Of a DNA stretch of 64,000 nucleotides, positions 52,091 to 64,000 are shown piece after piece. Positions within the stretch are counted from its first letter, which is position 1, and each line of letters opens with the position of its first letter. A model generated the notes under the pieces. It worked only from the letters and a program-made list of their open reading frames with translations, searched no databases and had not been told where the DNA came from. Source of the stretch: Azolla caroliniana (lineage: Eukaryota > Plantae > Polypodiophyta). The translations under genes were made by a program, and so were the position numbers. The DNA is taken from positions 8,618,001 to 8,682,000 of the forward strand of contig JBHGNT010000011.1 of the NCBI GenBank assembly GCA_043228905.1. The letters are read 5' to 3'.

Positions 52091-53646
52091 AGTAAAATTC
52101 GACATGTTGCGTCAAATCTAGATGGAATGAATCGGATTTCTGTACGACATCAAAGGCTTACTATGAGAATCTAAGACAAATGGAAAACATCTTTAAGACA
52201 TTTTTTAGATTCTAATGATTTTGGTAGAAAGCTTCTCTCACATAATCTAATCTTGTAAATGGAAAGTACATAATGAAATATCATAACCAAAAAGTCAGGA
52301 GGAAAGATGCATCAAGCACATCTACTCTTACATTGGATAATGTTTATATATTAGTGTATGACTTATCTTTGACCAAAACAAGTTATCTGTGACAGACCAC
52401 AATGAAGATACTAAAAGAGGATCTGGAATGTGGCTTCAGACACAACACAAAGATAAACAAGAAGCATGACTCATAAACTCGATGAGGTTGGATTGCAATT
52501 GGATCAACACAATGCATTAGTTGCCATTGATGATGAGGATGAGACCTCATAAACTCGTTCTAGTTCATCTAATGGGTATGAAGATGATGACATAAACTTG
52601 AAAAATGATTGTCCTGATACGTTAACTATAAATATTGTATTGCACATCAAGATTTGGATTCAGAATTTCTATAAATATTGGGGTTACTCATTTTGGACAT
52701 TCATTTGTAAGTTTGGCATGTCCATTATTTAGGCATTTTTTTGAACACCTAAATTTCCGTCATTTTTAAAATTCCTTTACGCATGCGGCACCCCTTTTTG
52801 TGAATCACCCTAATTTGTGTCATTTTTTGATGGACAGTTCTCAAAATGCGACATATTACCTGTTTCAAATGTCCCGGTGTTGAGTGATTTTTGTAAATGT
52901 TACACTCATCAATGTAATTTTGGTATCTATTGTAAGAGAGTGTTGTTTGTAATACTTGAAAGATGTAAAAGTTATGTTTAGAAATATTATTGCTTTGTAC
53001 AAACATTGTCTATTATAAAATACATTACTTCTTGACTTGTCACTGATAGTGAACATTGTACCATTTGGATTATATCTTAATTTTAGCGTTTTTTCAAGCT
53101 TAGGAAATGATGCATTTTTTAGGTTTTCCAACGGTATTTGGAGAACATGTGATACTGGTATCATTATGTTTTGTGAATAGAGTACCTAAACCCCAAAATT
53201 AGCAGGAATATTCCTTATCCTTCCATTTTTGCGTGATCCTTCCACTTCTGAACGCGAATGTGTTTACGTAGGATATTATTTTCATTTAAGTTTTACTATA
53301 GAAATTGGTTCAACGCCAGTCTTAAGCCTCATAGCTATTTGTACTTACTCTTCACCTAATATATCATCTGTTATCATCATCCTCTCTCTCTCTCTCTCTC
53401 TCTCTCGCCTTCGCTATATCTCTCTCGTGAGTCTTACGCAGTTCGTACTCTTAGTACTAATAGTACTTCCCTTCTCTAGTACTAATTCTCTCTCTATTTT
53501 AATACTATTCCTGACACCGCGTAGCGCATTCTTCTGTCTGTCTGGTGATGGATCTAGTTAGTGTTCGATCTTATCGCATAGGTTCTCTGATACGTCGGCG
53601 GCTAGACATCCATTCCTTGCTTGCTCGGTTGCGAGGATTCGCAGAT

Positions 53647-53660
53647 CACCAGGCGTGCCG
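53647..53660 (-). promoter_or_regulatory. PBS of F, tRNA-Arg-like
   Basis: CACCAGGCGTGCCG versus recalled tRNA-Arg(UCU) 3' end CACCGGGCGTGCCA; 4 bp from the LTR. Confidence 0.65.
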
Positions 53661-53664
53661 AAAG

Positions 53665-54958
53665 TGTTACCAGTTAGGAACACAGTCCACCCTCAGTCCT
53701 TCGAGGTAGCTACAAGGTGACCATGGTGCAAGGGAATAGGGGTGCGTAGTGCGTGATTTGCAAGGCGTAAGGGGGGGACGGCTACAACCGAACCTCTATA
53801 GGAGTGTAGTTACCCAACGTGTGGTCGTGCCTTTCGGCTCCGGATCGTTGTGTGAGTCGGGTGGGAACCAATGAAGTTTTGGACTAGGAGAAAGAAGAAT
53901 ATGAGATAAGTCTAGTAATGAACAGGTAGAAAGATAGGTAAGCTATGAATCTCATGAATCCCACGAGTTTAGTGTATTTTTCAATATTTAGATAGTAAGA
54001 GACAATTTTTTATGATAAACTCGTGAATCCCACGAATATATTAGATTGATCAATCCTTGAAAATAATCAACCCCCCTATACATCTTTCTCTCTTCCTTAT
54101 ATAGTGTTGGAAGAGTCCAAGTTTATCACATGCAAGCATCATGCTTTTCCCTAACTTTAGTTTTCATGCATACTGCATGGGCATGATTAGCTTTCTATAC
54201 CATCTTTTCTTTTAACTCGAGTGTGTATGCATGAATAACTTTGTGTACCATGCATATCTAGAATATTTACATGGGATAAAGTTTAGTATAACTTTAAAAC
54301 TCATAATATGCTAGTATAGTGGTAAGGCTTAAAAATCGTTAACATGGAGGTACAGGGTTCGAATCCTGCCCTATGCATATAACAATCTTTTCTTCTATTT
54401 ACAAATTTGTCTCTTCATCCAGTGAGAGACTCTCACCGGCCTTCTTTATTCGGCTCTTGCCGGTTCTGCTTGATCCGGTTCTTATCGGGTCTCCTTACCG
54501 GTTCCTCCTTTCCGATTCCATCCTTCATCCGGTTCTCACCGGTTCCTCCTTACCGATTCCATCCTTCATCCGGTTCTCACCGGCTCTTTCTTGCCGGTTC
54601 CTCCTTGCCGGTTCCATCTGAAGGGACAAAAATGCAATTTTCACGTAGTGTGCGATTTACACTACGACAACGTACTTACCTTGTGTTTAATGCAACACAG
54701 TCTTGTACAGAGAACGAGAAACGGAAACAAGACACCAATAGACAGAATACCAATACCATAGAAGATAAAACTATATTAAAATGACGCTCTTACAATACGC
54801 TAGCTCTTTACAATGGTCTCTCGCCCCTTATATACACAGGGCTTCTAATCGGTTACGCTCCCTGCGTAAAATCGTTACACACGTTACTTTAACGCACCTA
54901 ATATAATACTCTATTTTCCATGTGTTATGTCCGGTGGTTAAAATTTCGACGGACAACA
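53665..54958 (-). repeat. 5' LTR of F, interrupted by solo LTR I
   Basis: 53665-53822 and 54670-54958 together match 32226-32652. Confidence 0.87.
53823..54669 (-). mobile_element. Solo LTR I (B/C/J lineage)
   Basis: Termini GGTCGTG...TACGACA, flanks GTGT/ACGT, TATA on - at about 54097-54104, CCGG-rich repeats at 54430-54615. Confidence 0.78.
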
Positions 54959-55616
54959 ATCCCTCCAGCTTCTTCCTAGCACTCGGGCCTGTCGTTGATG
55001 ACCCCGCATCGTTCCACTCTCGCCGTTTGTCGAAACGGCTACAAACACTCTTTATCGTGGTCCAATCGGCCATGAGCCCTTCATCCGTCTCCAATAGGAG
55101 ACCCACGTTTTCTCGGCTGAGTGGATCGACTGACTTTATAAACTGTAGGACCTTGCTTGTGTCGAGTACGGTTCGGTCTAGCACTGAGAGCCTTGCAAAT
55201 CGTCTTTCAAACTCCTGGAGGAGCACTGATGTGTTCCTCCCCTTTCTAGGGCTCTTGACCCATGCCATCAGCTCCTTTGATAAGTAGAGTGAGTCATTGA
55301 AACCATATCTTTCGAGGAGCCGCTCCTCGAACTCCTGCCAACTTTGTCAATCGGCCTGCATCTTGAGCACATCTACGTGGATGCTCGGCATAACTACCTG
55401 TGGAAACACGGACAACCATTTCTCCTCCAGAACATTTCTCATCAATGTCTCATCCTTGAAAGCCTCCAAGTAGGTCGTGACGTCCTTTCCGTTGAATTGG
55501 CCTGTCATGGCGACTACCGTTTCCATAGCCCTCTTGAGGCCACTGGTGCTCTCTTGAGCATTAACCAAGTGGTCGACAACCACCGCCATCACTTCAGTGA
55601 GTTCACTTCCCCTCAT
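54959..55616 (-). pseudogene. gag: B gag N-terminus
   Basis: FNGKDVTTYLEAF and EFERRFARL; starts just after the Trp PBS. Confidence 0.85.
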
Positions 55617-55661
55617 TTTCGGACTCCTCTACAACCTCCTTCACGTCAGGTTCAACAAAGA

Positions 55662-56460
55662 TGTCGCGGGTTTCCATGAGTATGTGTTGAAATGGGCAGG
55701 ATCATGGGGGTCTCAGACCAAGGAGTCAGAGGAAGTAGGAAGAGCAACCGTGACGGAGTGCCTAGTTAACTACCGGAACCCGGACAACGTATGTATAGGT
55801 TCGCAGAAGAAACCGTGTCACATAGTTCACAATTGGAGCGACGAAACAGATACGAAGAAACAGAAATAGAGGTAAAACCCGAAACAGAAAGAGATCGACC
55901 CGAACTATGGAAATGAATATATTAAGGCAAGCAGAATACAACCGAGCTTGACCGGTACCAAAGCCATGCATTCTTCGGAACACACCTTCTCTCCACACAC
56001 ACACGCACACAAACAGATCGAGAAGCCCTTGGTCGGGATCTCATAGGCTTCCTTACCAAATCATACACGGGATAGGGAGCGAGACATAGATAGATAGAGA
56101 GAGAGAGAGCGAGAGGGAGAGAGAGAGCTCGGCCCACACACGGACAACACTTCGTCCTTGCAGACCCCCCGCATCCTCAAACAGGCTCAAGCCTCCCCTT
56201 TTATAGCCCAAGGGGAGACTGTTACATCATGATCGGTGTCAGGGATCCCCCCCGTTGATTTCTTTACATTAAATCCCCACATTTTCTCTATGCGTGTAGG
56301 AATCTAAAGTACCCTTTAATCCGTATTAGCTTGTACTTACTAGTCTTATGCTATTTACATTATATTTGTATATGTTTCTTGATTTGTGTGTATCGGTGCA
56401 CACACCCGTTCACGGGCGCTTGGCCCTCGTTTCTCTCTATGGCCGGAATCCTTCACGACA
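55662..56460 (-). repeat. 5' LTR of B
   Basis: TGTCGCG...CACGACA; decayed Trp PBS TTCACGTCAGGTTCAACA at 55640-55657. Confidence 0.9.
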
Positions 56461-57494
56461 ACGCAATGGTTGGCCTGCATCTTGTGGTATACTTGGTCGG
56501 TCATCAAGGAGTCGAACTTCCTGTACCATTGCCAGGGAGCTTGCTTCAGTCCGTATAAGCTCTTCTTTAACTGGCACACCAAGTGCTCCTTCCGTTTCAT
56601 GACAAATCCCTCCGGCTGTTGCATGTAGATCTCTTCTTCAAGGTCATCATGCAGGAATGCCGTCTTGACGTCTAGCTACTCGACCTCGAGGTCCATGTTT
56701 GCCACTATGCTCAACACCGTCTGGATGGACATAATCTTTAATACTGGGGCAAAGATCTCATCGAAATCCACTCCTTTCTTCTGTTGGAAACCGTTCACCA
56801 CAATGCGGGCTTTGTATCTCAGTGGATTCCCGGCGTCTCCCGATTTCAGCTTGTACACCCACTTGTTCTAGAGTGCTCTCTTTCCTTTCGGCAACTTTGT
56901 CAATTCATATGTGTGGTTCTCATGAAGGGAATCCATCTCATCTTGCATGCCACTTAACCACTTACGACTATGGGTGTCTTTCTTTGTTTCTTTGAGGCTT
57001 TTCGGCTCCCCCTCGTTGGTTAGTAGTACATGCTCTACATCCGAAAATCTCCGGGGTGCCCTTCTCACTCTTAAAGGATATCTTCTTACTTGGTTCTCTA
57101 ACACCGGTTCTTCATCCAAGTCTGATTCAGGGTCTTGTCTAGTTCCAACACCTCTTCTTCTTCGGTCGATGCGGTTCCTTGTCCAGAACCGGTCAATCCA
57201 TCGAGTATCATCCGGATTCCGGTCATATGGGTTCTTGTATCCTTTAACCGATCTCTGTTGGTCGATCCGGGATCAATTGTCTTCTTTTTCAATTCCCACT
57301 CGGCAATGGTTGTGTCTTTCATGAAGACTATGTCTCGACTTCGGAAGACCCTCTTGTCAACCAAGTCCCACACTCGATAGCCAAACTCATCATCGCCGTA
57401 TCCAAGGAATATGCATGTCCAGGACTTCGGATCCAGTTTTGCTCCCTTGTCCTATGGTACATGTATGTAGGCGAGACAACCAAACACCTTCAGC
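56461..57494 (-). pseudogene. pol: Copia K fragment 3 (INT C-terminus to RT)
   Basis: KVFGCL, SRDIVF, YKARIVV, SLYGLKQAPWQWY; truncated at about 57494. Confidence 0.9.
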
Positions 57495-57495
57495 T

Positions 57496-57838
57496 TGGTC
57501 ATGGGTTCAACCCCTACATTCCACAGTGGCATCTAGTGAGTTAAGAGATATGTATGGAGTATATAATAGAGAGGTGAGTAAAATTGGGTTTCGAAGCCGA
57601 GATGGATGTAGCTCAATTGGTAAGGTTGCCCAATGGAGACCAAGTGGTCATGGGTTCAACCCCTACATTCCATAGTGGCATCTAGTGAATTAAGAGATAT
57701 GTATGGAGTATATAATAGAGAGGTGAGTAAAATTGGGTTTCTAACCCAAGACGTAGTGCTTGTAGTGCTATCAACTTACCACTAGGGTAAGCTAATTACG
57801 ATAATAATAATAAAAATTTTAAAAGAGAAAAAAAAAAA
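57496..57838 (+). mobile_element. tRNA-derived SINE-like sequence with a 149-bp partial tandem duplication
   Basis: A box TAGCTCAATTGG 57609-57620, B box GGTTCAACCCC about 57653-57663, GGATGTAG..CTACATTCC stem, A-rich tail 57801-57838. Confidence 0.62.
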
Positions 57839-58161
57839 GCAAGAGTGGAGAGGGGAAGAAGAACCGAAATTGTTTTTATTGTTGCACTGTCTATTGGTAA
57901 CGGAATTAAGCATAAATATATGCGTTGGAAAGCCCTCGATTAGAGCTTCATAACAAGATATAGCAAGTTAAGTTTGGTGGTCTGTGCAAGAAGAAGCGAT
58001 TAAAATAAGGTCGTGTGTTGTTGACATCCACATAATCAACACACATTGCGGGTCTTCTATTGTATTCATCATCTTCGACCTCTTCAATCGGGCGAGTTTT
58101 GGTTGTCTTTCTTGTTCATGGAAAATTGTTTTTATCTCGGATCACTATCACATCAAGAATA

Positions 58162-59680
58162 ATGGATATAAACATGAATTCCTCTCAAATTGTGGGGGGC
58201 ATCGATATGGAAACAATTGATCCAAAAAAGAGTAATGTGATGGTTGAATGTAATCGTGAAATGGAAGACATTGAAATCTCTAAGAGGTTTAAGGGCATGG
58301 AGGAAATTAATGAGAAAAAAGCGACACGCTGAAGTAATACATGTAGCTGAGGTTTGACAATGATCATTGTAATTGGGATAATTTATGGGGAATTGCCAAT
58401 ACCGTATTGTCTGATATTGTGGAAGAAAATGAAAATGTAGCGAAAGAATGCAATGATGTGGATGTGGATGTTGATGCTAAGACAATGTTGCAATCTTTTG
58501 ATGTATTCTATGATCGTGCGGTTATATTGTTTTTTACTGGGAAACACCCATACATTAATTGCATTAAACAATGGTTGAACACAATCGTGTCACCAAATTG
58601 TGTTAAATATATATATGCAGGACCACAAGGGTTTTATGATGTAGTGTTTCGTTCACCGGAACATCGAAGCGCATTGTTGGCTAAAGTTCTGGTGTTTTTT
58701 AATAAATGATTGGTGCATGTAATGCAATGGTCCCCCGTTGTGGACTATCATGCTTTGTTGAAACAAGAATGCCATGTTTGGGTAACAATGGATTGTAAGC
58801 ATGCTTTTTTATGGCCACTTTTACCAGAGTTGATGAGTCAAATAGGTAAAGTGTTGGTATCTCCACATGCAAATGCTACAAATAAGTGCAGATTTTGTGT
58901 GTTATGGGATACAAGCCATAAGAGGCCAGGATGGGTGCCTATGAACACGCCTAGAATGAAAAGACTTTGTTTTAAATTGAAGTGGGAGACATTTGCAGGT
59001 CATTGTTTTGGATGTAGTGAATGGGGTCACTTTATGGCAGAATGCCATCATCATTGTCCTTCAACTATAGAGGTTCCTAATGAAGGGAATGGTAAGGAGT
59101 TGGGAGAGATGTTGGTGTGTCAAATATGGTGGTTGTTATGGATGAAGGAACATCATCTAGAGCTAGCTATAAAGAGGTTTCACTTCAAGGTTTGGGCTCT
59201 AAGAATAAGGGAACTCAATCTATGGATATGGAGAAACAAAATTTGGTGGTTATAGATAAGGGGAAAAACTGTTGGATAGAATTAGTCATGACATTATTGT
59301 TGAAAAGGATTGGCATCAGGTTAAGGGCAAGTTGAAGGGCAAATCAATGAATATGCAACGTAATAGTTTGCCCACTACTCGTGAGACTACTTGGAAAAGT
59401 AATTCAGGAACTAGGGAGGGTCCTCGAAAAGGTCCTTGGCAAAGACAATTTAGGGATAAGGGATTACCCCTTCACCTTCAATTGATTGATTGAGACAGGT
59501 TGTTAATTCATCGAATTCTCGAGGTTTCCGTCAAGTGGGAGAACCTAAACAAAAGAGTTCGATAGACAACACTAAGGATGTGGTGCATGAAAATCCATAT
59601 GCAGCATTGGAACATGTTTTGACTAGTTTCATGACATCGGTTGCTCTAAAGGAGCAAGTGCACCCATAACATTGTTGATT
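58162..59680 (+). pseudogene. LINE (L1 clade) ORF1
   Basis: Plant L1 ORF1-like GFYDVVF..HVMQWSP region and Zn knuckle CFGCSEWGHFMAEC; boundaries approximate. Confidence 0.75.
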
Positions 59681-59699
59681 GAATAAAAGTGGTACCATG

Positions 59700-62600
59700 G
59701 AATGTGAGAGGGGCATGTTTTCCTCATAAGAAGTATATATTATGGCAAACTTTGTTAAGTAAAGAATGAGATATATTATGTGCAGTTGAGCCTAAGTGTC
59801 ATGAGTTAGCAGGATCCATAGTTCATTTGCATGGATATTCATCATTCTATGCAGGACATCTTAATAATCACTATTTAGGTGTGGTATTAATTGTGCGGGA
59901 TAAATATTATCCTCGGGTGGTGCATAATGATCCTTCTGGTCGGTTTTTGGTTCTAGAAATCACTTTTTTTGGCGAGGCTGTGTGGGTGGTTGGGATTTAT
60001 GCCCCTAACCAAGCCACTCAACGTATTGCATTATGGGGCTCACTCTGTCAAACCCTATGTGTGGGCCGCCCAGGATTACTTATGGGTGATTTTAACATGT
60101 GTGTTGATGCATCTCAATCTACGTCTAAACATTCAATCATGGATTATCTTGAGCAACTTGCTTGCGATTCATTGGCTATGGAGGTTCTGAAGTTGGATGT
60201 TTGGATATGGTTGCATGGGAATGATCCAGGTTTTACTTTCCAATCCGCTCAACATAAACAAACATGGAGTCGGTTAGATAGAATGTATGTGATGCACAAT
60301 TATTCGTTTTACCGGCATCACTTCGTATGGTAGTTTTACAAGATTTAGGAACTTCATATCACTTTCCTATTTGTTTGGAGTTTTGTGGTCATGCAATTGA
60401 CATGTATAAATCCTTTCTTGGAAAGCCTCCATTACGCTTTAACTCTACTCTTTTGCTTCAACCTCACTTTGATTCTCTCATGGAGCAAATTTTGGTAAAT
60501 TTTTCACAAGAAGTGAATCTTAAAGGAGTTAAAGCATGGGATATCACGTTACGAAATATTAAGATCATTCATCGTATGTATGGAGTAACTAATGCTCAAC
60601 GAAGAAGAGGTCTTCTTCTACAATTTTCACAAGTTCTCTCTAGGTGTAATGCGTTATTGATACGTTCACCATTAGATGAGGAACTTTTGGATATCCAAAG
60701 TCAATTGCATGTTATTATTTCTCAGTTGTAATGCCAAAGTTATTGTTATGCGAAGATGCAACAATTGAGGGATGGGCTCATAGATAATCAATGTTAATCT
60801 TTCTTTTTTTTCCAAGCATTACGTCCTACTTATACTCGATCTAATGTGGTACATGTGAAGCAAGGGGATGAATGGATAGTGGATCCTACTACAATAATTG
60901 ACATATGTGTTTATTACTTTAAGGAATTGATTGGCCCACATTGTTAATGACAAATGAGGTGAGTAGAGCACGTCATGAGTTTTATGATGTGGTTGGATGT
61001 GTTGTGCATGATCTCATTAGTCATGAATTGGATGCGGATTTCACTGAGGATGAGCTGGACATAAGGCATCTTCCTAGTGGTAAGAGCCCTGGTTGGGATG
61101 GCTTGACAAATGAAGTTTTTATGCAATATTCGAACATTTTAAAGGGGCTCTTAACTTTGATGTTTAAACATTCTTGGGATTCTGGTCGTATGCCTCAAGC
61201 TTGGAAGGTTGGTCAAATTAAATTAGTTCCAAAGGTGGCATCTCCAGAGTCATTTCATCAATGGAGACTTATTTCTTTGATGGGGGGGTTGTATAAGATA
61301 TTTACAAAGTTCTTGGCAAATAGATTACAAAAGTATTTGCCAAAGTTGATACATCCCGCCCAATATGGTTATATTGCAGGTAGGAATATATTGCATAATG
61401 TGTTGAATGTTCAAATGGCCATGGATTATGCTCGAAACACTAATCAAGAATTTATTATGGTGCAATTAGATTTGGAGAAAGCTTATGATCATGTTAATTG
61501 GTCCTTTGGTTTTGGGTTAATGCATACAATGGGCTTTGGACCTCGTATGTCTCGCCTCATATTTTTATTAGGACAAGATGTGGTGTCTCGAGTCATGCTT
61601 AATGGGGGAGTTACATAAGATATTTCCCTTACAAGATCTGTTCGTCAAGGATGCCCTATTAGCCCGTTGTTGTTTGCTATTGTTACTCATCCATTGTTAG
61701 TGATGCTATCAAGGCTTGCAACAAATGGTGATATTGTGGGTCTACACCTTCCGTCTAGAGGGAAACTAGTTGCACAAGCTTTGGCAGATGATTCTTTCAT
61801 GTTTCTACAAGCCTCATGAGAGAATCTTGAGAAGGGGATGCTTGTATGGAACCAATTTGCATTGGCTTCCGGATTACATATTAATTGGAGGAAGTCTAGT
61901 CTCATATCATGTACTGAAAGGGATTTGGAATGTTTAGGATGACAAGGATCCGTGGTGAAGAAAGGCTCTATTTTTCGACACTTGGGCTTATCCATTAGGA
62001 ATGAATGTTACAAATGGTCAATTGATTGAATGGATGCTAGTAAGTTGAAGGATAAGTTCATGTATTGGAAATCACAATCTTGGCCATTTTATGTACGTTT
62101 GAAGGTTGTACAATGTATTATGGAACCTATGATATTATATTACTTGCCATTGCTGCCATGGACAAAGAAGGCTTTGCATTCTATTTTGCAACCTCTTTGA
62201 TATTTGTTGTGGAAGAAGAGGGATAAGATGGGAATCACTTGGGTTGCATGGAATCATCTAGCAACTCCTAAGCGCTTGGGGGGGGCTAGAATATTGAACT
62301 TATCTAAGCATATGATGGCTCGTAGATTTTCATTATTACAAGACATTTGTTTAAACTCACAACCATGGATATCTATTGTTCAATATTTCATTGAGAACAA
62401 GGGTTTAACACATGGGAGGACAACAATTAAGGCTTCATGGTGGCAATTACTAAATGGATGTATTTCACTTAGGATTCCAAGCTCTACATGTGTTCAACAC
62501 TTGGTTACCTCATGGCAAGAAGCACTCTTGTTATGTGTATGGAAACCATCGTCTAGTAGAGAGCATTGTAATTCTTTGCAAAAAAAGTTACTTGTGTCTC

Positions 62601-63450
62601 CTTGGTTATTATGTTGGCCAAGAAAGGAGAGATTGTGCTCTCAATTTAATCGTTTGTTTTGTTTGGGGGTCAAAGAGGTGGGAGATATAGTTGAGGCTCC
62701 ATCTCAAAGATTTTTGGAGTTTGTGGAAACGCAACAATTATTACGAATTCCGCCTAATTATGGGTTTATTTGGCAACAACTACAAAATATCCCATTGTTG
62801 CAAGGTCCCTTACCTCTACAAATAGGAGAACAATCGTGGATTTATTGGTGTTTAAAGGGACAAACATCGTTGTTACAAGTGACTACTAATCTTTTGTATC
62901 ATTGCTCTGTTGAGTCTCTTGGCTGGTTATCATCTAAGGCTGAAGAAGAATGGAGATTACACAAATCTGATCATGGGTGGTGGCAAATCTTACAACATAG
63001 TTGGCATTCTAAATTGCCACTTGTAGCAAAGGTCTTCATTTGGAGAGTTTTAATTGGAGGATTGCCTTTGGGATTAGCTCTAAAGCGTCGTGGACTAGCA
63101 ACGAGTAATTGCTTTTTTTGCACTATTCAAATGGAAGATAGTACTCATTGATTTATACAATGTCCGATTGCTTCTCAGATTTGGAGTTAAATTTCTCAAA
63201 TTTGGCAAGTTTTATCACGATGTTATTTGACACCTAGACAATGGGTGTTTGCACAATTTACACAGGTGGACCCAAAGTCAAAGATGAAGCTCTTTTTTCT
63301 ATTTCTGAGATATTGGGGATTGTATCATAATTGGAATATGTGCAATGCTTTTGTATTTGATGGTAGACATGGAGTGAAAGCATAACTACGAAAGTTAAAG
63401 GGAGTACTAATGTGGCCATTTTCTTTATTGGAGCAAGTGAAAATCCTTTC
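59700..63450 (+). pseudogene. LINE ORF2: endonuclease-RT-zf-RVT
   Basis: EN IYAPN, MGDFN, SRLDRMY, SYHFPI; RT KSPGWDG, LDLEKAYDHV, RQGCPISP, ADDS; C-terminal KVFIWR..CFFC..EDSTH. Confidence 0.92.
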
Positions 63451-63491
63451 CTCAGTGGAGTGTTCATCGTGCCTATTGGCAATTCAACATG

Positions 63492-63493
<2 letters not shown>

Positions 63494-63556
<63 letters not shown>
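63494..63556. repeat. (CT)n microsatellite, probably within the LTR of the following copia
   Basis: About 31 CT units. Confidence 0.9.
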
Positions 63557-63559
<3 letters not shown>

Positions 63560-63710
63560 GAACTCATGCATAACATGAGTTATGCTATACTTATCTTAGT
63601 CTTAAACTCTAGTTAAAAAGACTTTGATTAATATCTAGATATTGTATTGTGATCGTGATTAATATCTAATCACTCTTTGATCTTGCTTAATCACTCTATT
63701 CTATAACACG

Positions 63711-63722
63711 TTATCAGCACGA
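63711..63722 (+). promoter_or_regulatory. Bianca-type PBS (internal half of tRNA-Met)
   Basis: TTATCAGCACGA after an LTR end ...TATAACA (63708). Confidence 0.8.
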
Positions 63723-63785
63723 TTAGCCTCTACCATAGTAATTAACTATTCTCTTATATAAATCTACCTTATTGTTACCATTAGC

Positions 63786-64000
63786 ATGACTTCTCAAGCT
63801 CTACAAATAGAGAAATGCTTATTCCCGCCACTTGCGTTGGATGGGTCCAATTATATGACTTGGATGGTTCATGTCGAATGCCATCTCACAAAGAAAGATA
63901 TCCTTCATACAATAAGTGATAATTTTAATGATGCGGAGAACTCAAATACTAGGAAGAATGCAGCGGAAGAATTCATCTTCATTCTTCATCACCTTGATCT
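63786..64000 (+). CDS. gag: Copia (Bianca-like) gag N-terminus, runs off the window
   Basis: Open frame MTSQ..LALDGSNYMTW..ECHL..FIFILHHLD downstream of the PBS. Confidence 0.78.
   Translation, partial: MTSQALQIEKCLFPPLALDGSNYMTWMVHVECHLTKKDILHTISDNFNDAENSNTRKNAAEEFIFILHHLD

Larger units (their letters stand above)
44714..53264. mobile_element. TIR DNA transposon H (Sola-like DDE), 8.55 kb
   Basis: About 35-bp TIR AACATGTTCCCATTCAGAAGTGGAAGGATCGCGCA / TGCGTGATCCTTCCACTTCTGAACGCGAATGTGTT interrupting the 3' LTR of G; TSD TACA/TACG (4 bp, one mismatch) or AC (2 bp). Confidence 0.85.
39434..53516 (+). mobile_element. Chromovirus G (Tcn1/Tf1-like gypsy with chromodomain)
   Basis: TSD CCGCG at 39429-39433 and 53517-53521; 5' LTR 39434-39860; 3' LTR 44630-44713 plus 53265-53516; PPT AAGGGGGGGA 44617-44626. 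Confidence 0.93.
32226..54958 (-). mobile_element. Ty3/gypsy element F (Athila/Selgy-like non-chromovirus, Arg PBS) with an extra 3' ORF
   Basis: LTRs 32226-32652 and 53665-54958 (the latter split by solo LTR I), decayed TSD GTCCT/ATCCC, PBS CACCAGGCGTGCCG at 53647-53660. Confidence 0.85.

Noticed and set aside
52140-52620. Possible hAT transposase C-terminal remnant (acidic tail)
   Set aside because: Too decayed to read a continuous frame or diagnostic motif; needs a translated HMM search
57604-57672. Functional tRNA gene
   Set aside because: A/B boxes are present but no convincing anticodon stem-loop; duplicated with its flank, so SINE-like
63450-63708. Exact LINE 3' end and Bianca LTR start
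   Set aside because: No poly(A) tail, TSD or second LTR is visible, so the boundary could not be placed

Overview
This is a eukaryotic window, most likely from a seed-free land plant (bryophyte, lycophyte or fern; inferred from TE lineages and plant-type tRNA primer sites). It is essentially all transposable element, with no host gene recognised. An old minus-strand Ty1/copia element (K; pieces at 5051-5727, 10651-10806 and 56461-57494) has been split by nested insertions. These are a non-autonomous hAT-like element (5728-10650, 8-bp TSD) carrying a gag-only LTR element (J), and a 45.6-kb tRNA-Trp-primed Ty3/gypsy element (B, 10807-56460). B contains gypsy C (with copia D inside), deleted copia E, and an Arg-primed gypsy F with a long extra coiled-coil ORF. 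F holds a solo LTR (I) and a self-primed chromodomain gypsy G. The 3' LTR of G is interrupted by an 8.5-kb TIR DNA transposon (H, Sola-like) carrying a second divergent ORF and an array of about 15 palindromes. Another copia (A) occupies 1-5050. The right end has a tRNA-derived SINE-like repeat, a decayed L1-type LINE and the start of a Bianca-type copia. The most notable observations are element H and its hairpin array, the CG-centred 4-bp target sites shared by all four Trp-lineage insertions, and tRNA-like Pol III boxes inside their LTRs. All boundaries were read by eye; family names are inferred from motifs, not database searches.
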